Assembly (NCBI RefSeq): GCF_035594765.1 | Contig: NW_026943820.1 | Coordinates: forward strand, 10,052,647 to 10,116,646 | Length of the DNA stretch: 64,000 nt | Origin: Anolis carolinensis | Taxonomy: Eukaryota | Direction of reading: 5' to 3' | In this document: piece after piece, positions 24,574 to 37,800 of the stretch | How positions within the stretch are numbered: position 1 is the stretch's first letter | Layout of the letters: each line of letters begins with the position of its first letter | The notes under the pieces: model-generated | Databases searched by the model: none | Seen by the model: the letters and a program-made list of their open reading frames with translations, nothing else | Told to the model about the DNA's origin: nothing | Program-made: the position numbers and the translations under genes

Positions 24574-24907
24574 CAGTGTTCCCTCACTACTTTGCAGTTC
24601 ACTTTTCGCTGTTTTGTGGTTTTTCAATAAACTCTAAAAGAATATTATAAATTATAAAAAAAATCAATTTACAGCCTAAGGAAGGGAGGAAGGTGAAGCT
24701 GAAGGGAGAGAAAAGGAGCCCAAGCGGCAACAGGAGGAAAAGGAGGCGATTTATCAACACATGATTGGTGGATAAAGACTTAAAATAGTGTATAGCTACT
24801 GAAATAATGTATACATATTAAAATAAATATAGTTTCCCTACTTTGCGGATTTTCATTATTGTGGGTGGTCCTGGAACATAACCCCCGCGATAAGTGAGGG
24901 AATACTG
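24574..24907. mobile_element. Tigger/pogo-like non-autonomous DNA transposon
   Basis: TA-cagtgttccctcact ... agtgagggaatactg-TA. Confidence 0.75.
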
Positions 24908-25228
24908 TAAATGCTAGAATGTATTTTTTTACTTTGCTGCCTTTTTGGGCCTATACTGTGATTTTCTCTCAAAAATGGGACTACAAGGAATACACTTGAC
25001 TATGTTTGTATGTTTTAGTTTTGCAGATTTGATAAAAATATTCTGTCTAGCAGATCTCTAAGTCATGATTCGGTGTTCAACATATGCTGGAAATCTACTG
25101 GAAATTGATAGTATAATACTGTAGAAATTTCCAGAGTGTTCTTTGCAGTTGGCAATGTTTAGTCACAGTTTTTCACTTTTGCAGAGGTCCTCTGCCCCTT
25201 AACCCAGCAAATGTGGAAAATGACTATA

Positions 25229-25549
25229 CAGTAGAGTCACTTATCCAAGCCTCGCTTATCCAAGCTTCTGGATTATCCAACACATTTTTGCAGTCAATGT
25301 TTTCAATATATCATGATATTTTGGTGCTAAATCCGGAAATACATTAATTACAACATAACATTACTGTGTATTGAACTACTTTTTCTGTCAAATTTGTTGT
25401 ATAACATGATGTTTTGGTGCTTAATTTGTAAAATCAGAACCTAATTTGATGTTTAATAAGCTTTTCCTTAATCTCTCCTTATTATCCAAGATATTTGCTT
25501 ATCCAAGCTTCTTCCGGTCCTTTTAGTTTGGATAAGTGAGACTCTACTG
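25229..25549. mobile_element. MITE family A
   Basis: TIRs as above. Confidence 0.9.
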
Positions 25550-25949
25550 AACTGCAGCCAGAAGATCATGTCCACAGGATGTAGATTGCTGCAGGACCTG
25601 CCTGTTATAACATTGGAGAGCCCATTTTGTATCATAGTTAAATATTGGGATGTGGTTTAAGAATTTTAATTTCAAGTCTCCACTTTGATATCAAACATAT
25701 AGGGTGGCCTTGGATCAGTCACCATTTTCCCCTGTTCTCTATCTTCTTCTCTTCATGTTCCTCACTTCTCTCACTTGAGCATACTTACCTATCACAAAGT
25801 GCCATTTGACCTCGTAATGTTGATTACAAGAAATGTAGTATTCTTACTAATAGTTGTGGTTAATTATTTTCCAAACAAATAGTAAAGTTTTCTGCTCGTT
25901 TCATGATATTTAAAAAATGGACTTAAAAAAACACGCCCATGGTTAGAAA

Positions 25950-26900
25950 AGACAGCTGCCAAAGGGCTCTGCTTAACCGTATACTTTGCATGCATTTATA
26001 ATCTGAAATGTGGGGGTTGAATATACTTGAGACAGACAGCTTGAATGGCATACTGTCAGTGAATTGGCAGCGGTCTCATTTAGGACCTTTGGAGATGTGT
26101 CTGCCTGGACAGAACGAGAGCGCTCCTTCGCCTGCTCTTCCCGAGACATCCTCTCCTTGCTGCTTCGCCGGCGGTATCCAGTGGAGCATGACAGTTGCCC
26201 TTCATCGCTGTCTTCTCCGAGCTTAACCTCTGACCCGCCGCTTAGTCGCCGCGCCGCGGTTGGAGCGGCCCGAGATGTTGCCGAATTGACGGGCATCGGC
26301 CTGCGGCGTGCTTGTCATCATTTGACTGTCAAAAGTAGCTTGCCATTGGGCCTCCGTCAAGGCTTTGAAACCTCTGTGCAGCGGCCCATAGTACTTAACT
26401 CCTAAGGCTGTCAACGGGATGACCAAACTTGCATAGAAAAGGAGGCACATTGAATACATCTTCAACCATATCGTCTGGGCAGCCCTTCTCTCTCTCTTCT
26501 TTGCGGCTGGGCTTGTTAAACGTATTCAGATGACTTTCTCCAGGCCAATAGGATAAATGGGTTGCCAGGGCAGTATTTTCTTTTCTTTAAAGAAGCAGTG
26601 GAAGGCGCAGTGAACTGTTTTTCTCTTGTGGTCTCAGTTTCAAATAGCGCCGAGATTGAGATTTGAAGCGCTCTTCTTGCCAGTGAAATTCTCAGCTTGA
26701 CTTGCTATGTCCTATCAGCTTTCCAGCCCCTCCGTATAAGTAGTGAGATACCAGACCGATGGTGCCTGAGGTTAGCTGTCAAAGAGGAATGTTCATTTTG
26801 GAGTGCTTTTGTAATGTGATATCAGAGGCAGAGAGAGAAAGGGGTCAAGCGCCTGCGATTTGTAAGGCTTGCAGGGAAAAGAATTTAAACAGTAGAAGGA
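25950..26900. promoter_or_regulatory. Repeat-free, CpG-retaining block; candidate conserved enhancer or exon relic
   Basis: Dense CpGs at 26100-26310, several CTGTCA/TGACAG (TALE/MEIS) hexamers, no TE hallmarks. Confidence 0.5.
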
Positions 26901-27298
26901 TAGTTTTGTTTCATGTACTGCATCTTTCATGACTTTCTTTTCATCTCCTCTCTGTTTAGATTATTTTCAGAGCTGATTGCCCTGAAATGGGCTCAAATTG
27001 GTCCAAGCAGGCTTTGAAAAAAGAAATCCAGGAGCAGAATGTGATAGTTATAATGATTAAACAATTAGAATGAAAGAGCTGATACGGTCTGTGTATAATT
27101 TACTTTGTATGCATTCAGAACCATGGAATTAGGTTGAGTATCCCTTATCCAAAATCCTTGGGACCAAAAGCATTTTGGATTTCATAGTTTGGAATGACTG
27201 AATTTGTATATAGGTACATAATGAACCATCTTGGAGATGGGACCCAAGTCTAAACTTGAGATTCATTTGTTTTTTATATGTATATACACACCTTAGAG

Positions 27299-27433
27299 CA
27301 GTGGTTCTCAACCTGTGAATCCTCATGTGTTTTGGCCTACAACTCCCAGAAATCCCAGCCAGTTTGCCAGCTGTTAGGATTTCTGTGAGTTGAAGGCCAA
27401 AACATCTGGGGACCCACAGTTTGAAAACCACTG
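27299..27433. mobile_element. hAT-type MITE
   Basis: TIRs plus exact TSD ccttagag. Confidence 0.9.
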
Positions 27434-27450
27434 CCTTAGAGTGAAGTTCA

Positions 27451-27800
27451 TCTATATATATAAAAGTCAAACTATGTAAGTTGTTTGGTTGGTTTGTACC
27501 ACAAAGGCTCCTACATGGATTGATGGATCTGGATTAGACTTGGCATACATACCCATCATTATCCAACTTAAAATAATTGGAGAATTTGAACTGAAAAACC
27601 ACCCATTTCAGGCCCAGAGCAGAAGGAAATAAAAGGAACAAAGTGGATTGGCTGTTGTTGGGTGAAGTGGCCCTCTGTCATGTGAATGGGAAACAAAGAT
27701 AGTAAAGCAGATTGGTTGTTGCTAAGTGATGTGTAAGAAAGGAAAGGAAGGAGGAAGGAGGAAAAGAAAGAAGGGAAGAGAAAGGAAGGGAGAGGGGATG
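27451..27800 (+). mobile_element. Helitron-like 5' fragment related to 18376-18749
   Basis: A|TCtatatatataaaag start; shares tttgtaccacaaag, gtgaagtggccctctg and the purine tract; no CTAG end seen. Confidence 0.5.
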
Positions 27801-29021
27801 CCAAAATTCAAGGGAATTGAACCCTAGTCTCCAGAGATGTAGTCTAATGCCCAAAACACTACATTACACCACTCTCTCTCACACATACAATGTCTTATAT
27901 ATTATATGCTTTTTTTTCTTTTTGATCACAATTACCCTCAAAGCCCTAGGGTTCCAGTTGCTGAAATAAAGAAACCCTGCTTCAGGCACATGCAGATTTG
28001 TGAAGATTTAATCAGAATTTAGCATCTTCAGCATGCTTTTTCCAGATATCTGGCCCCTAACAGTTGACTCCCAATTTTAGGGGATGAAAAAAAGCCTCCC
28101 AGACATAAAAATAGCTCAAAACTACCCAACACAGAGGTGAATTTCCTTGTCATCTCTCCATACCCAAATCAGGACAGTGAATCTGGAGGCTGTACATGAT
28201 TTGATTTGGGATAGTTTGACGGCACTTTCTGGTTTTACCCATCCCAGAGAACAACCATAGTATAGTCAGTTGGTGTGACTCTTCTCTGTTTATATCCTGT
28301 TATTTCTCTAGGATTTCGGAGTGGTTTACATCTCATTTTTCTCTCTCCACTACAGTTGTCAGAGGAAGCGTAGGCTGAGGGAGAAAGAGCCGTTTGGCCC
28401 AAGGCTGCTCTTGGATAAGATGGAATTTGAATCTGGACCTTTCTTACCATGAAAACACCTAAATGCTATGAGACTCCAATGCCCATCACCTGCCAGCCTG
28501 ATTGATAGTGAGGGATGATGCAAGTATAGCTCATCAATGTCTAAAGAGTTTTGTATTTTAATTTCAAATGTTCTGGAGGAGAGGTCTACGGATAACACAA
28601 ACTGTTAAAAAGATAAACACGTGTATCCTAAAACAATATTAGCCCTGTTTTTGGGTTTATTTGATCTGCTGATTCCAAAAACTGTATCAGTTTTTCCCTA
28701 TAGACTTTAGTTTTTGAACTACAGAACATACGCTATCTACCAGTCGCCATCTGCTTGCCCATAGAAAATCTTGATAACCATATCTAAGAAACTAGGTGCA
28801 ATTTTTTAAAATCTGTGCCCCAAATAACCATAGAAATAGGCCTTAAAACCAAGACACCAAGAAAGTTTTGTTGTTGTTGGGCTGTTATCAGCCAGAGAAC
28901 TGTAATGTCTTGCCAAACTGCAAAAGGCCTAACAACCAAGACACTAAGATTATTTTTGGTTGGACTGTGAAATCATCCAATCCTGAAGTGTCCCTACGCT
29001 GTTGTATTTTTGGCCATATCA

Positions 29022-29298
29022 TTTTTCTGTATCAGGAGCAACTTGAGAAACTAAGTCGCTTCTGATGTGAGAGAATTGGTCATCTGCAGGGACGTTGCCC
29101 AGGGGATGCCAGGATGTTTTGATGTTTTACCATCCTTGTGGGAGGCTTCTCTCATGTCCCTGCATGGAGAGCTGTAGCTGACAGAGAGAGCTCATCCATG
29201 CTCCCCACGGATTGGATTCGAACCAGCAACCTTTAGGTCAGCAACCCAACCTTAAAGTCATTAGTCCTGCCAGCATAAGGGTTTAACCCACTGTGCCA
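29022..29298 (-). mobile_element. SINE family B
   Basis: Reverse complement of the 20821 and 57094 type. Confidence 0.8.
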
Positions 29299-29717
29299 TA
29301 TCATGACTCTATAGAAAAAACAATAGAAGGTAATAGGAACAGAGCAAGACCACATTCCATAGAGCGAGACTCCATCAAGGAAACTCTTGAGTCTATAAGA
29401 CCTGAGCAGGGCTGCTGAGGATAGGAGGACTTGGAAGTGCCTCATTCATAGGGCCACCATAAGTTAAAGTTGATGGCCATGAGCAACATCAAAAATATCT
29501 ACCTTACCTTTTTTCCATCATAAAACTCAAGGAGACATACAACAGGGATGAAAAACATCAGGCTTCCAGATGACTTTAAAAACATAGGAGGCTTCTATCC
29601 ACTATCATTATGTTCAGCCCTTTGCCTTTATATATATACTAGCTGTGCCCGGCCACGCGTTGCTGTGGCGAAGTATGGTGGTATGGGAAATAAAGTACTG
29701 AGGAATTGGTGGTAGTT

Positions 29718-30045
29718 AAGGTCAAGGGTAAAGGTTTTCCCCAGACATTAAGTCCAGTCGTGTCTTACTCTGGAGGTTGGTGCTCATCTTCATTTCTAAG
29801 CCGAAGAGCCGGCGTTGTCCGTAGACTCCTCCAAGGTCATGTGGGATGACTACATGGAGCGGCGTTACCTTCCCGCCGGAGCAGTACCTATTGATGCACT
29901 CACATTTGCATGTTTTCGAACTTCTGGGTTGGCAGAAGCTGGGGCTAACAGTGGGGGCTCTCTCCACTCCCCCAATTCAAACCTGTGGCCTTTCGGTCCA
30001 GAAGTTCAGCAGCTCAGCGCTTTAACACGCTGCGCCATCAGGGGA
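29718..30045 (-). mobile_element. Sauria SINE nested in the Helitron
   Basis: Homologous to 12783-13114. Confidence 0.85.
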
Positions 30046-30467
30046 TATTATTTCCTAAAGGTTGTGAATATACAATATTTCTGATTGGTTTTTTTTGTTT
30101 GTTGGAGGCAAGTATGAATGCTGCAATTAGGAAAAATGATTAGGATGTAATGGCCTTGCAGCTTTAAAGCCTGGCTGTTTCCTCCCTGAGTGAATTTTTG
30201 TTGGGAGGTGTTAGCTGGCCCTGATTGTTTCCTGTCTGGAATTCCCTTGTTTTCAGAGTGGTGTTGTTTGCAATATTTTATGTGCTTCTACTGTCTGTGG
30301 CCCTGAGAAAACAGGATTTGCCAGACTTTGATGATGGGAATACTTTGTTGGGAGGTGTTAGCTGGCCCTGATTGTTTCCTGTGTGGAATTCCCCTGTTTA
30401 TTTACTGTCCTGGTTTTAGAGATTATATTGTTCTGCATTATTCTATCCCAGTAATTATTTCATATTA

Positions 30468-31127
30468 AAGAAGAATCTCACTTATCCAACATTCGCTTAT
30501 ACAATGTTCTGGATTATCCAACGCAGTCTGCCTTTTCATAATCAATGTTTCTGTAGTCAGTGTTTTAAATTCATTGTGATATTTTAGTGGTAAAATTGTA
30601 AATACAGTACAGCAGAGTCTCACTTATCCAACATAAACGGGCCGGCAGAACGTTGGATAAGCGTATATGTTGGATAATGAGGAATTAAGGATAACCCTAT
30701 TAAACAGCAAATTAAGTTATGATTTTACAAATTAAGCACCAAAACATCATGTTAGACAACAAATTTGTCAGAAAAAGTAGTTCAGTACACAGTAATGCTA
30801 TATGTTAATTACTGTATTTATGAATTTAGCACTAAAATATCACGATATATTGAAAGCATTGACTACAAAAATGCGTTGGATAATCCAGAACGTTAGATAA
30901 GCGAGTGTTGAATAAGTGAGACTCTACTGTAAATACTACATAGCATTACTGCGCATGGAACTACTTTTTCTGTCAAATTTGTTGTATAATATGATGTTTT
31001 GGTGCTTAATTTGTATAACGATTACCTAATTTGATGTTTAATTGGCTTTTCCTGAATCCCTTCTTATTATCCAACATATTCACTTATCCTGCCGGCCTGT
31101 TTATGTTGGATAAGTGAGACTCTACTG
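30468..31127. mobile_element. MITE family A with a second family A copy (30610-30929) inserted in opposite orientation, both inside the Helitron
   Basis: Outer copy is split at the TA of aaatacagTA; inner copy has both TIRs. Confidence 0.85.
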
Positions 31128-33505
31128 TATATTTCTAATCTTATATTATCTGCTCAGAACTGGATTATATGACGACCCTTCTTCACAGCTGTATAAAATG
31201 CACACTGAAGTGGATTATATGGCAGTGTGGAGTCAAGATAATCCAGTGCAAAGCAGATAATATAAGATTATAAATGGGTTATATAGCTGTGTTGAAGGGC
31301 CTTGAGTCTACACTGCCATATAATCCAGTGCAAATTAGATAATCTGTGGAAGAAGTCTAAGTGAGGCCTAAATCTGCCTGTCCCCTAACTGAAACCTGAC
31401 TGTCCCTTGGTTGCTAGGCAACCAAGTGGGCAGAGATTAGCCCTCTAAACTGGCAGCAATTGGATAAAAAAAATTATTGCTCTCCCTCTAATTAGGACTT
31501 TATTTTTCTTTTCTTTTTGTTGTATCAACCTTGAGGCGTGGATGATGGGTTGTGTTGTCAAATTTTGAGGTTAGGGGGCCTGTACTTTTGTTGTTTTGTG
31601 AATCGCTGTGATGCCATCACTCTTTTATATATATAGATGGAGGGCAATTATTGCAATATAATGAGTGAAGTCCTTTGAGATACACAGAATTGTGGTGACA
31701 AGCCTTCCAACTTAATCTACAGTTTTTTTTTAAGTGTGTCCAATTTTTAAACTCTATATAACAGAGGTATAACCGTGTTTCTCCAGTCATGCCATTTGCT
31801 CATTTCTACCAGGCATTGCCCATTCTTACCATTCACCCACCCATTTCTAAAAGACCAAAGACACATAGTACTCTGGTGCCTTAAGCATCAAATTAAAGAT
31901 GATGACTTTTAGAGGAAGCAGCCTTTTGTAAACTACACCGTCCCCGCTCTACAGATGTTGACATGTTAAAAAGGTTAAGACCTTTGTAGTGCCAATCTCC
32001 AAGGGCACCCATCCTTGCTTCTCCTCTGGATTTAATGGGATGACAATAAAGTGTCTGCATTAGGTAAAACACTGCATACGACGCCTTAAGAGCCCTCCGC
32101 TCTTATCGTCATTTTCCTTTTCAAGTGTAGTTGAGATGTAAACATGTACCAAGCAGAGATGATCTATTCTCTTCTTTGATAAAAAAATAAAGTGACCTGT
32201 GAATCATGATTGAATACCCCTAGGCAGATTATATTGTCACTTAAAAAAAGGTATTGGTGTGAGTATATAAAATAATCATAAAAGGGCCAGAATGTTTCTG
32301 TTTAGTAGAGAAGTATTTCACATTTCCGCCTGCAGATAAAATATACTCAGGGGTAGAAGCAAGAAATCGGCATTGCCATGCTGACAGGTGCTTTGAAGAA
32401 AGAAAAGGAGGGAAAATCAGCAGTTTTTCATTGTGTGAACTCTTTCTATCAAAAGACATGCAGCGTAAGCTTAGAGAGATTCCATCTCTTGACCGTGGAA
32501 GTACAAGGTTCAACTTCTCAATTTAACCAAGGTTTTCCCTATATTTGGAGAAAACCAGGGTCTCTGATTTGACTTGAGAAAAGAGTGGATGGATACTCAT
32601 GAATTGGCTGGGAACATAGACTTGTTCCATTAAGAGGTTTTACTTGAGCATCCATAAATGAAACAGGAGGAAAATAGATTTGTCTCCCATATTATGCATG
32701 TTGAAAAAGCATAGATCCATAAGTTTTGCCACTGAAGTAGAAATCATAAGAAAAGTGGTGGCCAATAATTTAAAAAATCACCCCCGGATGCATTTGGCCA
32801 GAAACTTTCAAGCAGTCTCTGTTTACATGGGCAAGGTTTCCTTGATCTGGTGCTGATTTTTCTGAATTAAAATGTATGGCAATTCATTTCATGCACAAAA
32901 CAACCTGTATGCGTTGAACCTTCAAAAATCACTATCCCAGCTACCCATGCACAATTCCATGCACAAATAGAACTAAATAATTCTGTTTGTGCATGGAGTT
33001 TTAGAAGGACACATTCTTCTGTCAAAATGTTAACTGATTTGTTAGAGATATCTTCTAATAGTTCTGCTTTGAGTATCCAAAACTCGATGTGTTAAGTACC
33101 CAAGGTTGCAACCAACCCTTCACATTCACTGCGGTTGACGTCACAGGATTCCCACAAAAATGAAAAGCCTGGAATTTTAATGTTTTTTGAGCGAATATTG
33201 CTAGGAAAATTGAATATAGAACTACAGTGGAGGACCTAGATTTTCTTTGAGAACATTTGAATCAATTCTGTGAATAGTATAAGCAAAAGTCAAATCTGCA
33301 AACATGCGGGGCTGACTATATAAATATCTGTGCAAATTCCTAATTGGAACTATGGATTGTCCTATCTATAAGCATTGCTTGGGTTAGAATTAATAGCTGC
33401 TTTGATACTGTTTAAAGTGGAAACAATATATGTTTCTTTAAAATAAATAAACTAGAGATTTCACTTTCTGTTTCAAGGAAAGTCTTCAGCTCTTTTTCCC
33501 TAAAC

Positions 33506-34077
33506 GAGTGGCTCTCAACCTTTTTTTGACCAGGGACCACTTGACCAGGTACTAGACTCCAACATTAGTACCAAAAGGGTTACGAATCAGCTTTTGGTCA
33601 ACTTTAAATTTGGTTTGGTTATTTGGGGTGCCGATTCAGAAAATTGCATTGGATAGACCACATCAGCTCTAGTTTCTGATACAGAACATATGCCATCCAG
33701 TAGTCGCCATCTGCTTGCCCACAGAAAACCATATTTAATAATCTAGAGCTGATGTGGTCTATCCAATGCAGTTTTCTGAGACAGCACCCCAAATAACCCT
33801 AGGAACAGGACAAAAAACAAAGACACTACCAGGCGCCACATGGAACGGATCCGCTCAGAGGGAGGGAGGAGGAGAAGCAGCAGCCAGGAGGCTTGTTGAC
33901 GCAATTTTCGTGGCTACTCAGCCTATCCCTTTCCAACATCCCTGTTGCCTCTGCACTATAAGAGAGTTTTGCAAGACCGCTTGCAACGGTGTAGTAATAG
34001 TAACGGTGAGGCTGCGGACCATATTTTAGTTCTTGGGGGCCACTGGTGGTCCATGGACCACAGGTTGGGAACCACTG
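33506..34077. mobile_element. hAT non-autonomous element (572 bp)
   Basis: agtggctctcaacct / aggttgggaaccactg ends, exact 8-bp TSD ccctaaac. Confidence 0.85.
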
Positions 34078-35355
34078 CCCTAAACTTTGGCTTGAATAGT
34101 GACTGAAAATGTTAGCGAGAAAGCTCTTGGAATATCAGCTGACAGCTAGTATGAGTTTCTGCCACTGTGCTCATAAACTGCATATACCACACCAGTAGTT
34201 GTCCATCATGGAAGGTTATAGGGCATATGCCTTCTAGCAGTGGCTTGAAACATGTGTAGTTTAATCCATGTGACACTTTGTATAGCACTGCAACAAATCA
34301 CAATTATTCCTCCCATAATTGCAGAACGACAGATGGAATGCATAGAAGTAAGGCATTATCCAGCATTCATTTCATTGTTATTTTGCCTCCCTCCCTTTCC
34401 CACAAAGTATGTAAATATATACCGGGTGGAATTTAATAGGCTGAAAGTTAAAAGGGGCGCTAATATGTATTGGTGGTAAAAAATCACCGATTAGTATTTC
34501 TTAAATATATAAACAATGCCATTACAAAGCAGATGTATTGTTACAGTTGTCACCCCGGCTCTTTAGTATTACTCAATATGCCTCTTGCAATTTTCTCATT
34601 TGCAACCGTTATTGGGTAATAGATGAAATGACTTCATCCCCCATTTGCTTTGCTTGAGAGGCTATGAAAACATTAATGTTAATATCATCATGCACTTCGC
34701 ATATGCGGGTTTTATAATACAGCAAATGGTAACATTTTATGTAATGTTTAAATTTCCGTGGAATGGGATAAATGGAAGTGGCACTCTTCTCGTAATGAAT
34801 ACGGTTTAGGAAGCAGCTGGAGAATGAAAAGAACACTGTTCCAGACCAAGGAACCATACTGTCCCCATAGTGATATTGCTGTATAAGAATAAATGAAACT
34901 CATCCAAAGTCACATAGTCAAACGATCTATTTCCTCTCCTGTGCACCTTGGTTGGGCGAAACAAAGAAGTGTGAGCATCCGTTTGATCAACATAATAAAA
35001 ACCGGTCCACTGCAATAACTGTTAAGTGGATAAGGAGACAGGGAGGGGGGGTTATATGGCACTTGAGAAGGTTGAAATATGCATAAACATTAGAGCTGAT
35101 AAGCACATTGGAATAATTGATAGGGTGTTTCCATGTTTTATTTCCCTTATAGTACAAAATGAAGAATGGGTCCTGTTAAAAGTACTGTAAATGCCTTGCT
35201 CCAAAGTACTGTACGCATTACACTGTATCTGCAGCAGCCATTGCAGACATTATTGGGATCCAGAGATTTTACTTAAAGTGATGTCAATGTTGGATTTTGG
35301 CCTAATGTGTTTCCTCTGTTTGTGAATTTCCTAGAAATACCTGGTTACAAACTGT

Positions 35356-35836
35356 GGCACCATCTGCACTGCCATATAACAAAGTTAAATTCAATTGGCT
35401 GGATTGTATGCATCTATGGACCTCATCATATTAAGGCTGGGATTCACCATGCATCATGGCAAATCTGGTGGGGCCCAGCATGGGTGTGGGAAACCCATCA
35501 CCCCATGCCCCACATCATCCGCCTTCCCCTTCATCCCATCCCACAGAGGGAAGCGTCTGCCGCTTGGCTTCCCCCCATTGTTTTCTATGCAACACAGGAA
35601 ACCTCCCATGTTGCCGCCATGGTTCCTTACCATGCTTCCACTTCACTGGTGGCATGGCAGAAGTAGATCGACATCGTGGGATGAGAGCCAGCGGATGCCA
35701 TGTTACAAGTGAAGTGGAAGTGTCATACAATGAGCAATTTTGTCCAACGGATGAGGCTGTACATTGTCATAGAATGCAGTTTTATGCTGTTAAACTGCAT
35801 TCTGTAACTGTATTATATGCTAGTGTAGATGGGGCC
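35356..35836. mobile_element. PIF/Harbinger-type non-autonomous element
   Basis: Degenerate TIR ggcaccatctgcactgccatata / tatatgctagtgtagatggggcc, TGT flanks. Confidence 0.6.
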
Positions 35837-36394
35837 TGTGAAAACAGGAAGGTAGACTAGATGTAGAAGGTAGACACACATATATCAGCTTAATACAAAT
35901 TGAATGCCATCCTATGGGATTTATAGTTTAGTGAGTTATAGTGGCCCCTTGATATCCACTGGGGTTTGGTTCCAAGGCCATAGATGCCAAAAGCCATGGA
36001 TGTTCAAGTCCCGTTATATACAGTGGTGCAGTCAAATGTTGTCTTGTGGATATGAAGATAATTATTTGAGAATTTTAGTACTATATAGTTCAGAGCAACC
36101 TGCAAAAAGAGCTCTGTAGCTGAGAATTTTAGATATCTCTCCAAACTCTATGCATAGATCCATAGTTTAATGATACCAAATTAATATAAATATGTGACGT
36201 GACTACACTGTGGATCAGAAGCAATGAACATGTGATACCTCCAGTTGTTGGACTGAAACATTAATCATTCCTCGTTGATATGAGCTAATGGTGAGAAGTG
36301 TTGGTAGTTTTGTCCATCTCTACTCTAGACTATCTTCCAGTCACATCTTCTGTATCCCATGTTGCCAAATGCAGTTGTATGAATCTGCTTAGTC

Positions 36395-36501
36395 CAGGCA
36401 TGGGCAAACTTTTGCCCTCCTGGTGTTTTGGACTTCAACTGTTAGGAATTGTGGGAGTTGAAGTCCAAAACACCTGGAGGGCCAAAATTTGCCCATGCCT
36501 G
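36395..36501. mobile_element. hAT-type MITE (caggcatgggcaaa family)
   Basis: TIRs, TSD gcttagtc / gcttagcc. Confidence 0.85.
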
Positions 36502-36849
36502 GCTTAGCCTGACAGTTTAAGATGAGACCATATCAGCCATTAAATCCCAAGGTTCCTAGAGATATCGATGGCCCTTTTCATGTGTTTGACTATGCAAAGG
36601 TAATCATTTTTAATGCCAATAATCTCTTTTGGGGGTTTTGAAGGTGAGAATGGTTCATGTGTCAGACTCCTTAATGTAACCTTTCGATCCTGGATGGCAG
36701 GCACCATGTGGATATCCACCTGGACATTTTTGCCCAGTTGTGTTTTTCTAGTTCTTCTGTTGTACTCTTACTTGGCATGGTGCACTAGGCTTTATTGTCA
36801 CAACCATGTTAGGAATGAGTGAAAACCATGACATTGTTTTTTAATCCAG

Positions 36850-37800
36850 CTGTCCTGAAACCCATGCCAAAGGAGAGTATAAACAGAAAAAGGTGGGTTG
36901 AAAGCACAAAATTCTGTTTTACTGAAGCTTTTCCGGCACTAAGACAACTTTTTGTAGCATGTTCTGCAGCGAAGTGCTGTGAGCGGTGAAATGAGCAAAT
37001 AAAGTGCATTTGATGCTTTTAGTCCCGTATTTTCGGTGCCTTTTAGCTTCCCTTACAGCTAGTCTCCCGGTTGTTCTCCCCCCGGTTTCTGCTTACTGTA
37101 GCAAAATCACATCAAATGCGAGATAACAAAATACTGTCAGGCTGGGATTGTTTTATATGGACAGCATTAGACAGGAGCAGAAAGATCTGGCGCGCTAATA
37201 GGCAAACTCACATGAGCGACCTAGTCCATTGACAGATTTTTCCCTTTGTTCTCTCGCTCGACCCACTTTCTGCCAGCGATTTGTGACATATTTTGCAAGA
37301 GATCAAATAAGCCCCTGACACCTGATTGCAATGTAGTGCTTGTTTACAGTTGCAGGGGTTTCTTTCTTTTGCTCTTTTTTCTCTCGCTCTTTTTTTTGAA
37401 GGACCCTTAGACAAGATGGAAGGTTTTAACTTGAAGTAATTAAATTTGCATCTGGACGGTGACAGGCGCTTCCTTACATATACCTCCCGCTGCGCAACTT
37501 TTACCCTAATGGGCCCCCAAGGCACCCAAAGAAAGGCTGAGCACGGGGAGACGGTTACCTTTCCGCGATTCTTACCGGTTATTTGAGTCTTGTCAAGTCC
37601 TGCTGTCATGGCGCACGCGGCGTGTAAGCTTCCAGAGGCAGTCGGCTGGGGATGGTTGTAAACAGAACGGTAGGCGAGGTGGAATTTGGGAACGACCCAG
37701 GAAGGCATTTCTTTCGTGCTTTCTGCAGAGCTTGGGTCAAAGTCTTCTTAGCAAAGTGCTTTTCCCTTCAATTGTAATCACAGCGAAATGCTTTTGGCTT
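36850..37800. promoter_or_regulatory. Repeat-free, CpG-retaining block; candidate conserved element, containing a 166-codon minus-strand ORF
   Basis: CpG density above the flanks, homeodomain and TALE-like motifs, no TE hallmarks. Confidence 0.45.

Larger units (their letters stand above)
29639..31637 (-). mobile_element. Complete composite non-autonomous Helitron (~2.0 kb)
   Basis: Minus strand reads A|TCtatatatataaaagagtgatggc ... gccacagcaacgcgtggc hairpin, cgggcacagCTAG|T; no TSD; the same 3' end recurs at 63958. Confidence 0.88.
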
